64,000 nucleotides of DNA. It comes from Bdellovibrionales bacterium (lineage in GTDB: Bacteria > Bdellovibrionota > Bdellovibrionia > Bdellovibrionales > DASUEL01). The stretch covers positions 14,255 through 78,254 of the forward strand of contig JBFWOZ010000011.1 of the NCBI GenBank assembly GCA_050250255.1, given 5' to 3'. Position 1 is the first letter of the stretch; each line of letters begins with the position of its first letter. Below, in pieces: positions 30,422 to 39,668 of the stretch. Made by a program: the position numbers and the translations under genes. The notes under the pieces were generated by a model. That model was not told the DNA's origin. It did no database searches and was given only the letters and a program-made list of their open reading frames with translations.

Positions 30422-31959
30422 TGTGGTTACTGCTCACACTATTGATTTTTATTGGCGCGGTGGGAGCTTACAACTTTCATCTCTACAGTCATTTCTGCCA
30501 ACACACCTACGATTTAGGAATTTTCTTAGAAGCCTTTAAAAAATTATCCTTCGCTGATTGGAATCCTTACATTTCCACGAGACAAATTACAATTCTGCAA
30601 GATCACTGGGAACCGATTTTAGTTTTACTCTCCCCATTGGCTCGTTTTTTCTCTCTCCCCGGTTTTGGCTTTGGAGTGGAAATCGCGTTTTTTATTCTCG
30701 CAGGTCTTTCCCTCTATCTTTCAGCGAGAGATCAATCTTCACAAAAAAGAGATCTTGCAATCTGCCTTGCCATTTTATTTTTGTTACATCGTGAAACTTT
30801 TGAAGCGGTCTTTTATCCTATTCACCCTTCTACCTGGGCCGTGTTTCCTTTAATGCTCGCAGGATTATTTATTCCGACCCTCATGCCGAACCAACTAGGA
30901 AAACATGTGAGCCTGCAGAAGGAACCTTTTTATACTCAGTTCGTTCGCCTCCTGGCCATTGTGATTTTGCTCAACCTTTTTAACGAACAATACTCTTTAG
31001 CGGCTCTTGGTCTTGTGTTAGGGGCCTTTCTCTTTTTACCACGTCGGCTGCCGACACTTTTGGTTCTCCCATTTAGTCTCGCCTTTGTGTGGTGGGCCTT
31101 TCAAGGTCGGAGCTCCATTGTTGGACAAATGTTTCACCACACCGATAGACTTAAGCTCAACCCACTTCTTCTTTTACAGAGTTACAACTGGGATCTCCCT
31201 CAATTCAAAACCCTTCTTTTATTCTTCTTAGGGTTTGCGCCTCTCATTTTTTTTCTGATCAAATCCATTCCGCATTGGAATCGCAATCACCTAAGACACT
31301 TTGGAGTCTGGCTTGGCCTTTTTAGCCCACTGATTTTAGGACGCCTGCTCTCAGGCTCTTTTGGTCTTCACTACAATGTGATTTTGGTGGTCGCCGCCAT
31401 CGTCCTCTTTTTTCTTTTGATTGATGTGAAGGAGTGGCCCAAGAAATCCATCGCTTCCTGGATTTTCGCGTTTGCCATCCTCATGAGTCTTGGCAAATGG
31501 GGCAAAGTGTACGCCACCGTCATTCAAGACAAAATGCCAAATTGTATGCGCATCGATACGTCGTCAGGAAATCACTTCACCAATGTTTCCAACAGGCAAA
31601 AAAAGCTCAACCATATTTACGATTTGATTTCACTGGAGAGCGGGCCAACGAAAGTGCTAGCTCTCGGCAACTTAGTTCCGACCCTTCTCTCCATCCCCCA
31701 TGCAGAAGTTTTTCATTTGGGAGCTTTTCAAATCACCAACAGTGAAAGCTTCGACTGGTTGGTGGTCGAGCGAGGGGTTTATGGAAATCATAATGGCGTT
31801 CCGCCAGAAAAGCTTGAAGCACTTATCAAGAATTTAAAATTTAGACCTGAATTACAAATCATCTCTGACGATGCCACACTTTTTGTCGTAAAGGGCTCTC
31901 TTCCAAAATCTTTATTTCGCGGATTTTTCTACGATCAGCGCTACAACCCAGTCGAATAA
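30418..31959 (+). CDS. DUF2079-like polytopic membrane protein (putative GT-C glycosyltransferase)
   Basis: TYDLGIF...DHWEPIL motif and many TM helices; ATGA overlap with the mltA stop. Confidence 0.65.
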   Translation: MMWLLLTLLIFIGAVGAYNFHLYSHFCQHTYDLGIFLEAFKKLSFADWNPYISTRQITILQDHWEPILVLLSPLARFFSLPGFGFGVEIAFFILAGLSLYLSARDQSSQKRDLAICLAILFLLHRETFEAVFYPIHPSTWAVFPLMLAGLFIPTLMPNQLGKHVSLQKEPFYTQFVRLLAIVILLNLFNEQYSLAALGLVLGAFLFLPRRLPTLLVLPFSLAFVWWAFQGRSSIVGQMFHHTDRLKLNPLLLLQSYNWDLPQFKTLLLFFLGFAPLIFFLIKSIPHWNRNHLRHFGVWLGLFSPLILGRLLSGSFGLHYNVILVVAAIVLFFLLIDVKEWPKKSIASWIFAFAILMSLGKWGKVYATVIQDKMPNCMRIDTSSGNHFTNVSNRQKKLNHIYDLISLESGPTKVLALGNLVPTLLSIPHAEVFHLGAFQITNSESFDWLVVERGVYGNHNGVPPEKLEALIKNLKFRPELQIISDDATLFVVKGSLPKSLFRGFFYDQRYNPVE

Positions 31960-33168
31960 TTATTTGGATTGGCCAACGATCATAACCGTATCGCCCAATT
32001 TGATCGGTACTGGGAACGCCAAGGGTTTTTCAAGCGAAGCCGGAATCTTAAACTTTGGACTTAACATAGAAAAAACTTTTTGCAGGAAATAGCTAAAAGG
32101 CACAAGGTATGGAAAGTGCGCATGCTTCGTGAGTTTAAAGCCCGCTCTCTCGAGAGTTTCGTAATAACCGCGATCTGAGAAATAGTAGTAGTGCATATCC
32201 ATAAACCATGGCCAACGCGGACCCAGAGCTTGCGAAAAACTGGATTCAATATTGATCGTTGAAAAGAGCACGTCACCACCGGGTTTTAAGAAGGGTCTTA
32301 ATTCTTTCAAAGTCGTAATGGGATCTGGCAAATGTTCGATCACATCAAAAAGAACGATCGTATCGAATTGGTCTTTAAGTAATCCTGATTTTAAAAGCTT
32401 TTCGACATTTCCATTATGAAACTTCAGCTTGGGATATTTTTTTTGTGCGTACTCGGTTGCGTGGGTTGAAGGTTCAATCCCCGTGTATTGACCGGCTACG
32501 TTTTGAACGACCTCGGCAAAAGCACCGTAGTAACTTCCGATCTCGAGGACTTTTTTGTTTTCGAAGTAGCTTTGGTAATCTTTTAAAATACGACGGTAGG
32601 TCATGTGGCGAGCGGCGATGTTTTTAATGTATTCAAGATCCGCCACATTTTTGTAGTTTTCAAAACCTTCTTCTTTGGTTTTTTCAAAAGACTGATCGGC
32701 GATATTGATCAGAAATCCATTACGACATTCAGGGCAGTAGTAAATATCAGGGTATTCACCGTGGTCAAAAGACGAACAGGCAAAACTTCCTTGCATCGCT
32801 TTATGTTTACGGCGAGCGGGATAGAGCAAAACGCAATGTCCATAATCACAGATACGGCAGCGAATCCCCGTCTTTTGTTTTCGGTCATATTGACGAACAG
32901 CCCAGGCCCCTACCAAAAGAGTGGCGACCATAAAGAAATAAATGGGAATCAAAGTATCTGGAGCAAACGACCAAATCAAAACGCACAAACCCCAAAACAC
33001 AAGCGAGAGAGGCAGCGCAAAGTAAAATGCGGTTTTGATTTTTAGACGTCTGAGGAAGCTCAAAAAAATGTACATGATGTAGAGGTAAGGTATAGAGGTG
33101 AGCTTTCGGAAGATCAAACCATTCCTCGTAGAGCTTTTAACGGTGACCACTTTTGTCGCTCGAAACAT
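31960..33168 (-). CDS. Class I SAM-dependent methyltransferase with N-terminal TM helices and a Zn ribbon (start uncertain)
   Basis: CRIC...CPEC; VLEIGSYYG, FDVIEHLPDP, LKPGG, HYYYFS. Confidence 0.85.
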   Translation of the reverse strand: MFRATKVVTVKSSTRNGLIFRKLTSIPYLYIMYIFLSFLRRLKIKTAFYFALPLSLVFWGLCVLIWSFAPDTLIPIYFFMVATLLVGAWAVRQYDRKQKTGIRCRICDYGHCVLLYPARRKHKAMQGSFACSSFDHGEYPDIYYCPECRNGFLINIADQSFEKTKEEGFENYKNVADLEYIKNIAARHMTYRRILKDYQSYFENKKVLEIGSYYGAFAEVVQNVAGQYTGIEPSTHATEYAQKKYPKLKFHNGNVEKLLKSGLLKDQFDTIVLFDVIEHLPDPITTLKELRPFLKPGGDVLFSTINIESSFSQALGPRWPWFMDMHYYYFSDRGYYETLERAGFKLTKHAHFPYLVPFSYFLQKVFSMLSPKFKIPASLEKPLAFPVPIKLGDTVMIVGQSK

Positions 33169-33314
33169 TTTTGCGTAAAGGTTTAAGACATATTAAAATG
33201 CGAGTAATTTCAATAGGTTGCGCTGCATTCTTTATGAAGTGCGCGAAACACGTATTTGACGAGAAATCATCGCCTTCCAAATCGAAATGAAGGCAAGAGG
33301 AAGTCATAAACTCG

Positions 33315-33330
33315 TGGCATTACAGTTGCT
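33315..33330 (+). promoter_or_regulatory. Putative sigma54 promoter
   Basis: TGGCATTACAGTTGCT = TGGCA-N6-TTGCT with GG-N10-GC spacing. Confidence 0.65.
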
Positions 33331-33340
33331 CTAGTAAGTA

Positions 33341-33391
33341 GTAACCCCTAAGCGGCTGGTACCCCCCCCCTAAACCAGCCGCTATTTTTTT
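33341..33391 (+). ncRNA. Candidate ~51-nt small RNA (single hairpin with C9 loop and U tail)
   Basis: Predicted +1 of the sigma54 promoter is followed by AGCGGCTGGT-ACCCCCCCCCTAA-ACCAGCCGCT-ATTTTTTT; no ORF in between. Confidence 0.5.
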
Positions 33392-33486
33392 GCCCAAAAT
33401 TTGAATCGCAAGCCATGGAGAGCAGAGCTTTAGAGTTTGATTTAAAGGCCAAAATTAGTGATATTGCTTCTCTATTCAACCGTTAC

Positions 33487-33563
33487 GCGCTCCTAGCTCA
33501 ATTGGATAGAGCATCAGACTTCGGATCTGAGGGTTAGAGGTTCAAGTCCTCTGGAGCGCGCCA
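33487..33563 (+). tRNA. tRNA-Arg (anticodon UCG)
   Basis: Acceptor GCGCTCC/GGAGCGC, D-arm GCTC/GAGC, anticodon arm TCAGA-CTTCGGA-TCTGA, T-arm AGAGG-TTCAAGT-CCTCT, encoded CCA. Confidence 0.97.
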
Positions 33564-33588
33564 ATCAAAAAATAAAACCATCCATAGT

Positions 33589-33664
33589 GTGCGCTCCAGA
33601 GGTTCTACGGACTTTGTCGCCGGAAGCGACAAAGTGGGAGGACCAAGTCCTCTGGAGCGCACCA
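33589..33664. repeat. Structured repeat containing inverted and direct copies of the tRNA 3' end
   Basis: CAAGTCCTCTGGAGCGCACCA (33644-33664) matches tRNA 33543-33563 at 20/21; GTGCGCTCCAGAGG (33589-33602) is its reverse complement. Confidence 0.9.
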
Positions 33665-33824
33665 GTCGCTTCAGCGACAAGAATTCATGAATACGCGCAT
33701 TCTTGAATTCACGTATTCAATAGCGACTACAGAAAACCTTAGCTCCACTCTCACAAAAACCTTTGTGCATTCTCAATAAGATAATCCCCATCGCGCCGGG
33801 TTTCTGTAAGGTAACAAATTCAGT

Positions 33825-33863
33825 GTGCGTCAGCTAATTATCTAACTGACGCACTTTGCGTCA
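33825..33863. promoter_or_regulatory. Putative operator of the downstream TIGR02147 regulator
   Basis: TGACGCA-CTT-TGCGTCA palindrome (33847-33863) plus an extra GTGCGTCAG half-site at 33825. Confidence 0.65.
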
Positions 33864-33906
33864 AAATTCCTTGTGCTGAGGTGAAACTGCTTTTATATAT
33901 CCGCGT

Positions 33907-34740
33907 ATGCAAAAGCAAAGTTCGCCAAAATATAGAGAAATGTTGAACGAGGAGTTGATCTCGCGAACCGAGAGAAACAGTCGTTACTCCGTTCGTTCTT
34001 TTGCACGTAGCCTGAATCTAGACAGCGGTGCACTTTCGCAGATTCTTTCGGGCAAACGCATTCCATCGGTAAAAGTAGCCGCTAAACTGATTGAACGCCT
34101 TGGCCTCTCTCCTGATGAAAAAGCAACTTTCTTAAGTTCGCTCGCCGAGATTCACTGCAATCGAAAATTACAGCGAACTCGCAAATTTTTTAAGGACATT
34201 TCGACAGAAATCAAATCCGTGACTGGGCGAGTTCAATATCGTGACCTCAGCTTAGATTTATTCAGAACAATTGCCGACTGGCATCACTACGCCATCCTGG
34301 AGCTCACTTTTGTCGACGGGTTTTCTTCCAATCCGAGATGGATCGCTGCAGAACTAGGAATTTCCATTTCAGAAGCTAACCTAGCTATTGCTCGCCTAAA
34401 AGAACTTGGGTTTTTAAGTGATGAAGACGGCGAACTTAAAAAGTCTACACCTCCCCTTCTTACCTCCGATAGAACTTTAACGACTAGCGCTCATAAGAAA
34501 CGACAAAAACAAATTCTTGCGAAGGCTATTGAAGCCATCGATGAAGTACCACTAGAGTTTAGAAATCACTCCGCGATGACCATGGCCATTGATCCCAAAA
34601 AAATTCCAGAGGCGAAAAAGAAGATTCAAACTTTCTTGGATGATCTTTCTGTCTTTCTCGAATCGGGCAAAAAAACTCAAGTTTACGAAGCTTCCGTTTG
34701 TCTATTTCCAATTCAAAAAAATCGAAAGGGTTACTCATGA
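33907..34740 (+). CDS. TIGR02147/DUF4423 family HTH protein
   Basis: RNSRYSVRSFARSLNLDSGALSQILSGKR HTH; WHHYAILEL; HSAMTMAID; VYEASVCLFPI. Confidence 0.9.
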   Translation: MQKQSSPKYREMLNEELISRTERNSRYSVRSFARSLNLDSGALSQILSGKRIPSVKVAAKLIERLGLSPDEKATFLSSLAEIHCNRKLQRTRKFFKDISTEIKSVTGRVQYRDLSLDLFRTIADWHHYAILELTFVDGFSSNPRWIAAELGISISEANLAIARLKELGFLSDEDGELKKSTPPLLTSDRTLTTSAHKKRQKQILAKAIEAIDEVPLEFRNHSAMTMAIDPKKIPEAKKKIQTFLDDLSVFLESGKKTQVYEASVCLFPIQKNRKGYS

Positions 34741-35852
34741 AACATTTAATGATTTTAGGTATACTTGCCGCCCTGCCGGCATATGCAGAGGCCGGCAACG
34801 GATCGCATGGCGGAGACGTGTTTGCATGTTTCTCAATACCTCTAGAAAAGGCCGTCACTAAGATTGAGCAGGGCTATTTAATGACGGCGGAAGGCCGACG
34901 GGCGCTGACCAAAGTACAAACTGTGGAATTCACTCGAGCGGAAGCTGCAAACATTCTCAATCCCGTTGCCGTGAGGCATATGAATAGCCCGTTTGAAATT
35001 GCGCTTCAGGCGATCACCACATCCTTTAAGGAAGTGCCCACATTTTTCCAAAGAATAGAAAGTGCGCGAGATTATGTGGGCCTCATTCCTGACGGTCTTC
35101 CAGCCCCTAATGGTCTTTATGATCTAAAAGATGAAGGGATTAATTTTCCACCTGAACCAAATTGCGTTCAATTACAAGCCGCTATTCGGGAAGGCCGAAC
35201 GATCAACTTTGACCGAACCCTCTGGGAGAAAATGTCTGGCTTCCAACAAGCGCTCCTCCAATTTCACGAGGAGATTTATTATATCGGTGTTCACGCCCCT
35301 TACTACCACGGTACTTCAGCACGTACGCAGTTATTGATTACCCACTGGCTGACTGGAAGAAAGACAGTTCCGGCAACGATTCAAGCTTTCACTTCGGACG
35401 CTTATCCAAGCGTGATTCAATATGCAACGCAGGCAGATCTAAAGACTTATTATGACAAAGCGTTAGTAGCTTATGGACTTACCGAAGATTGGCTCAAGAA
35501 ACAGATCGATGCTTGCAATCAGTGTCAGGATTGGTGGGAGAATCATCCTAAAGATAAATATCCGACTGAAGGTGGCAGAAGAATCGACGCTATTTGCCCT
35601 TACTTGCCTCGTATTCCCGAAATTAATGACGCTAGAAAATTTTTCTATGGTGTGGGTCCAAGTTGGGGATACGAACATGACTTTGAGCTGAATAAACTAA
35701 AAGCCTTTGGATGGGCCAGTCCCATAGCGATACTCACTTACTCGAATCTGTTGGGTAAGTTGTCAATTTGTAGTGATGAAGGATTTCAAGCGATTTTCAA
35801 CAAACTCGCAGAATCAAAAAAGAAATTAACAGAATATGAATCTCAACCTTAA
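34737..35852 (+). CDS. Secreted protein with a Gly-rich N-motif and an HExxY domain
   Basis: Signal peptide, GNGSHGGD...C, PNCVQLQAA, LWEKMS..QQALLQFHEEIY; ATGA overlap. Confidence 0.8.
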   Translation: MKHLMILGILAALPAYAEAGNGSHGGDVFACFSIPLEKAVTKIEQGYLMTAEGRRALTKVQTVEFTRAEAANILNPVAVRHMNSPFEIALQAITTSFKEVPTFFQRIESARDYVGLIPDGLPAPNGLYDLKDEGINFPPEPNCVQLQAAIREGRTINFDRTLWEKMSGFQQALLQFHEEIYYIGVHAPYYHGTSARTQLLITHWLTGRKTVPATIQAFTSDAYPSVIQYATQADLKTYYDKALVAYGLTEDWLKKQIDACNQCQDWWENHPKDKYPTEGGRRIDAICPYLPRIPEINDARKFFYGVGPSWGYEHDFELNKLKAFGWASPIAILTYSNLLGKLSICSDEGFQAIFNKLAESKKKLTEYESQP

Positions 35853-35884
35853 TTTAAGGGTTACATTTTAAAAGAGGAAAAAGT

Positions 35885-36313
35885 ATGAAGTGTCTAAATG
35901 TGTTTTTGTTTGCAAGTATGATTTCAAGTTTTACACTTGCCGATCAAGTAGAGAATGTGGTTCCTACGCCAGGGATGTATGGAAGCGATTGGTCTCATTG
36001 CGCTAAAATGCTCATCCCAAGTGCCAACGGGAACATCGTCTACACGCTTCAAGTGGGCGCTCCGTACGGAGTGGGGCCGGCGTTTTATAATTGTCCGCCC
36101 AATGTGCCTGAGCGATACGTACGAGTTTCTACTCGAGTCTTCAAACGTGAACCTGGAAATGGACAAATTATTGTTTTGAGTCGCGACCGCGTTGACTACA
36201 ACGGGAACCAAGATCGCTTGATCCTACCAATGCAGGATTGTGCGGCACCCGCTACGGGAGCCATCGGAAACGGAAATGCACAACCTCGCCCAACATTTTG
36301 CCCTAAAGATTAA
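35885..36313 (+). CDS. Small secreted Cys-containing hypothetical protein
   Basis: Signal peptide ending TLA; AGAGGA RBS; followed by a hairpin. Confidence 0.7.
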   Translation: MKCLNVFLFASMISSFTLADQVENVVPTPGMYGSDWSHCAKMLIPSANGNIVYTLQVGAPYGVGPAFYNCPPNVPERYVRVSTRVFKREPGNGQIIVLSRDRVDYNGNQDRLILPMQDCAAPATGAIGNGNAQPRPTFCPKD

Positions 36314-36316
36314 CAA

Positions 36317-36339
36317 CTCGAGCGGTAGCCCCGCTCGAG
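36317..36339 (+). terminator. Hairpin closing the first TIGR02147 module
   Basis: CTCGAGCGG-N5-CCGCTCGAG; weak U tail. Confidence 0.5.
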
Positions 36340-36833
36340 CAAACTTTGTCCCAATTAAAAAATACCTATCTTCAATTGCCCCACATACACTTCATGTATG
36401 TCGACCAAGCAACGTTGTTACTTCGAGCATAACTCCAGGCTCGTAAGCTGCCCGGAGTGAAGCTCCTATACGAAGGCTCATCTTTACACCAGCATCGTGC
36501 AACGTGGTGCTTGTTTTTTGAGTGCTGTAAAACACTCCGGTTGAAAGTGCCGCTAACTTATTATGTCTGGTAATATAGCCATGAATACTCTTGTGAAATT
36601 GATTAACAAAATCAAGTAACCTTCAATTGAAGTAACGCCATAAACTCAGCAGCTCAATTGACAATTTGTCTCATTTTTTGCTCTTCTCAAACATTTACCT
36701 CCTATGACCAGTCTTTGTATGTGCCCCAGTGTCATGATGCGTATAAACTTTTAATCATAAAATATAACTATGCTGATATATTGACTTAGCAATACGAAAG
36801 CTCAGATTTAAACTGTGAAAATAGCTGAAATGC

Positions 36834-37598
36834 ATGAAAGCGTCGGTTTTAAGTATGGTAAAAACACATCAAAAAAACGATTCGACTTCTGGAGTTTGTC
36901 GAAGTAACGGTGACGAACTACCAGCAAGCTCCAATTTTAAACCAAAGCGAACTGAAATTTTGTTAGTTTACGCTATTCTTATCGTCATATCGCTTTTTGC
37001 ACTGTTAGATATTAGCGAGGACCTTTCATTTCATACTCCGCTTTCGCATATTATTACTGATGCGAGTCTCACTATTCTTGCTATTTTCTTTTTACTTGTC
37101 CTTCTCTACAGAACTCGGTTTGTACATTGGCGTACTACTAATCTCTATGCAACGCTTTCTGAATCAATGAAAGAAGTTGAACGCTCCAAGAGTGCAGCTG
37201 AACAATCAAAACAACAAGCTGATCACGCAAGAAAATTTGCGGAACATTACAAACAACAGGCCCATCAATCAAAACAATTGGCTGAAGAATTAAAAGTTGA
37301 AGCTGAGCAGACTCTTGAGGATAAGCGACTTCTATTAAAAGGATTGGGCCAGATCATCGATACGCAAATTGAAAAATGGAAATTGTCAGCAGCGGAAAAG
37401 GAGATTGCTCTATTTCTTCTCAAAGGCTTAAGCCATGCGGAAATTGCAGAGATCCGAAAAACGAGTGAAAGAACCGTACGTCAACAATCCTTAAAAATAT
37501 ACGCGAAAGCAGGCCTTAGTGGCCGCTCCGACCTTGCAGCCTATTTCATAGAAGATATGCTTGCGCCTCTTGAGCCCCGCGGCGAAAGTCTTACTTAA
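36834..37598 (+). CDS. Membrane-anchored LuxR-type HTH transcriptional regulator
   Basis: Two TM helices, coiled coil, LSAAEKEIALFLLKGLSHAEIAEIRKTSERTVRQQ. Confidence 0.88.
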   Translation: MKASVLSMVKTHQKNDSTSGVCRSNGDELPASSNFKPKRTEILLVYAILIVISLFALLDISEDLSFHTPLSHIITDASLTILAIFFLLVLLYRTRFVHWRTTNLYATLSESMKEVERSKSAAEQSKQQADHARKFAEHYKQQAHQSKQLAEELKVEAEQTLEDKRLLLKGLGQIIDTQIEKWKLSAAEKEIALFLLKGLSHAEIAEIRKTSERTVRQQSLKIYAKAGLSGRSDLAAYFIEDMLAPLEPRGESLT

Positions 37599-37845
37599 TT
37601 AGGTATTCAATGATTATGGGGTCGGACCTTTGTCATACAGTTCTCCGTTCATTAGGCTAGACATAAAATTTATTTTGTATGTCGAAAGACTGCCTGAAGC
37701 ACCTTAACTTCAGCTGATTTTCTCCCACTGGAGATATGTCTTTCGTTAGATATTTTTCTTTCATGAATCCTTATCACATCAAAGAGGAACAAAAAAATTA
37801 ATATGACCTCTTCAGATTGCTGGTGGTCCAAGGAAGGAACTTTTT

Positions 37846-39390
37846 ATGAAAAACATAGTAAGCGCGGCTCTGCTTTCAATATCGCTAGGGCTAGCGATAC
37901 AAAGTCGGGCAGCCAACATTGACCCAAAGAATTTAGAAGCCGCGAAGCCCACATCGCCTCCTGTCCAATGGACAGATGTCAAAAGCTGGAAGCCCTTTGG
38001 CCATCGTTGGGCCGGAGCTTTGAATGCACAAAGTGAAATGATTGCGATTTACGATCTGTCTTATCCGAATCTTCTCAGCACCTTTCCTTTCACTACTATT
38101 GGCGGCAGCAAAATCAGAAAATCTGATATCCTCAAGATGATTTTGGAAGCGAAATTAAATCCAAATGTTAATCAAAAAGACGCGGATAAAGCGATTGATG
38201 AGCTTCAAAAAACTCAAGGTGGCGCTATTGTTGATGGCGAGCTACCAGCGAATTGGTGGAAGAATGTTGTATGGAAGAATTTTCGCGCACAAAATAATGA
38301 CGAACCTTCGTTATTCGCACTTTCTGAAATCAATATCGGCGCAGGGCTAAAAGCCAACGACCTCAAAAAGTTGGAGGATGCTATCAGTGGAATTGAATCT
38401 GCACTCAACGATCTGGAAGGTGTTGGCACAGGCAATCAGTTCATGAACCGTTTTCAATTTCAACGAGTTGCACCAGGTACCTTTGAGGTTCAATACGTGA
38501 CAAATGGCTTAGGAGTTTCGAAGCCCCGTAAAATCGTCGACCTCATGTCAACGAAAGTTGAGTTTTATAATACAATGAAACTCGAACTGGCAAAGCAAGT
38601 TTTAGATCAAACTATTGGGCTGATTCCTGGAGAAATCGTCAAGGCCCTTGTCGAAACAGTTGTTAGCCGTTTTTTTCATTTTCATAAACTTGTGTTGAGC
38701 GGCCATCAAAACATGGCTGTGGAATTAGTTAACTCTATTCAAGATGGAACTCCAATTCCTGGCACAGCATTGACTAACAGCGAACGACTTAAAGCTGTCG
38801 AAGCAATTTCATTCGCCCAAAGCTCTTTACTCACTAGCTTCAAATGGATTTGGCAGAAACCGGCAGACGAATGGGAAAAAGATTTAAAAAAACATGAGGA
38901 TCAAGCTCAAGCTGGGATTAATTGGGTGGCTCAACATGATCTGAAAATTTCAACCCTTAATAGGCGTTTTGCCTACAGCCTAGATCCAATGACTCAAGTT
39001 ATGAAACTTCTCAATTTGGCTAAAGACAAACCGAATGCAAAGAATGGCCCAATCGCTGCGATTGATTTTTCCCGCCCAGAAACTCTGTATAAGTATAGAT
39101 TGCTTGTCGAAGTCATGTCGGCTGCCGTTGTTTTTGGAACGAAGTTTATACCGGTACCATATGTGGGAACTGTTATAAAGAAAGCTTATACGCAATTTGT
39201 TGAAAAGCCTGTTGATGACGCAAAAATCTGGGAAAGTCGAATGACCGTTCATCTTGAAGGACGATCATTAGAAGATCACACCCTTGACTTCAGCATCCTG
39301 GATCATCAGCGCGTGAATCCGTTATTTCAATCTCGTGAAAACATGAACGCACTGATCAAAGCTCGAAAACGAATGATTGGATTGCTCTAA
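37846..39390 (+). CDS. Secreted hypothetical protein
   Basis: 514-aa ORF, signal peptide ending SRA, AAGGAA RBS, downstream terminator. Confidence 0.75.
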   Translation: MKNIVSAALLSISLGLAIQSRAANIDPKNLEAAKPTSPPVQWTDVKSWKPFGHRWAGALNAQSEMIAIYDLSYPNLLSTFPFTTIGGSKIRKSDILKMILEAKLNPNVNQKDADKAIDELQKTQGGAIVDGELPANWWKNVVWKNFRAQNNDEPSLFALSEINIGAGLKANDLKKLEDAISGIESALNDLEGVGTGNQFMNRFQFQRVAPGTFEVQYVTNGLGVSKPRKIVDLMSTKVEFYNTMKLELAKQVLDQTIGLIPGEIVKALVETVVSRFFHFHKLVLSGHQNMAVELVNSIQDGTPIPGTALTNSERLKAVEAISFAQSSLLTSFKWIWQKPADEWEKDLKKHEDQAQAGINWVAQHDLKISTLNRRFAYSLDPMTQVMKLLNLAKDKPNAKNGPIAAIDFSRPETLYKYRLLVEVMSAAVVFGTKFIPVPYVGTVIKKAYTQFVEKPVDDAKIWESRMTVHLEGRSLEDHTLDFSILDHQRVNPLFQSRENMNALIKARKRMIGLL

Positions 39391-39418
39391 TCGTCGTTCC
39401 ACTCATTTAAATAAACTG

Positions 39419-39445
39419 GGAGGGTTCGTAACCCTCCTTTTTTTT
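39419..39445 (+). terminator. Rho-independent terminator
   Basis: GGAGGGTT-CGT-AACCCTCC followed by T8. Confidence 0.8.
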
Positions 39446-39668
39446 ATTTCAAAGGGTTACGAAATTCTCTGAGACCTTGGTCTGGTTACTTTGATATGTC
39501 AAATGTCTCAGTCTCAGTTTTTAAGTCGGCTCCATTAAGTTGGAGTCCAAGTGTGGCGTCTGACATATATCTTTTCTTCTGTATTTTGATTTTGATGAAG
39601 ATCAATTCAAACTAAATCGCATAAGCCAAGGATTGCTTGTGCACAAAACGTCCAGCATGGAGGGACAA

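Noticed and set aside
36546..36571. dif-like site AGTGCCGCTAA-CTTA-TTATGTCTGGT
   Set aside because: The spacer is 4 bp instead of 6 and the XerD arm lacks TAAA.
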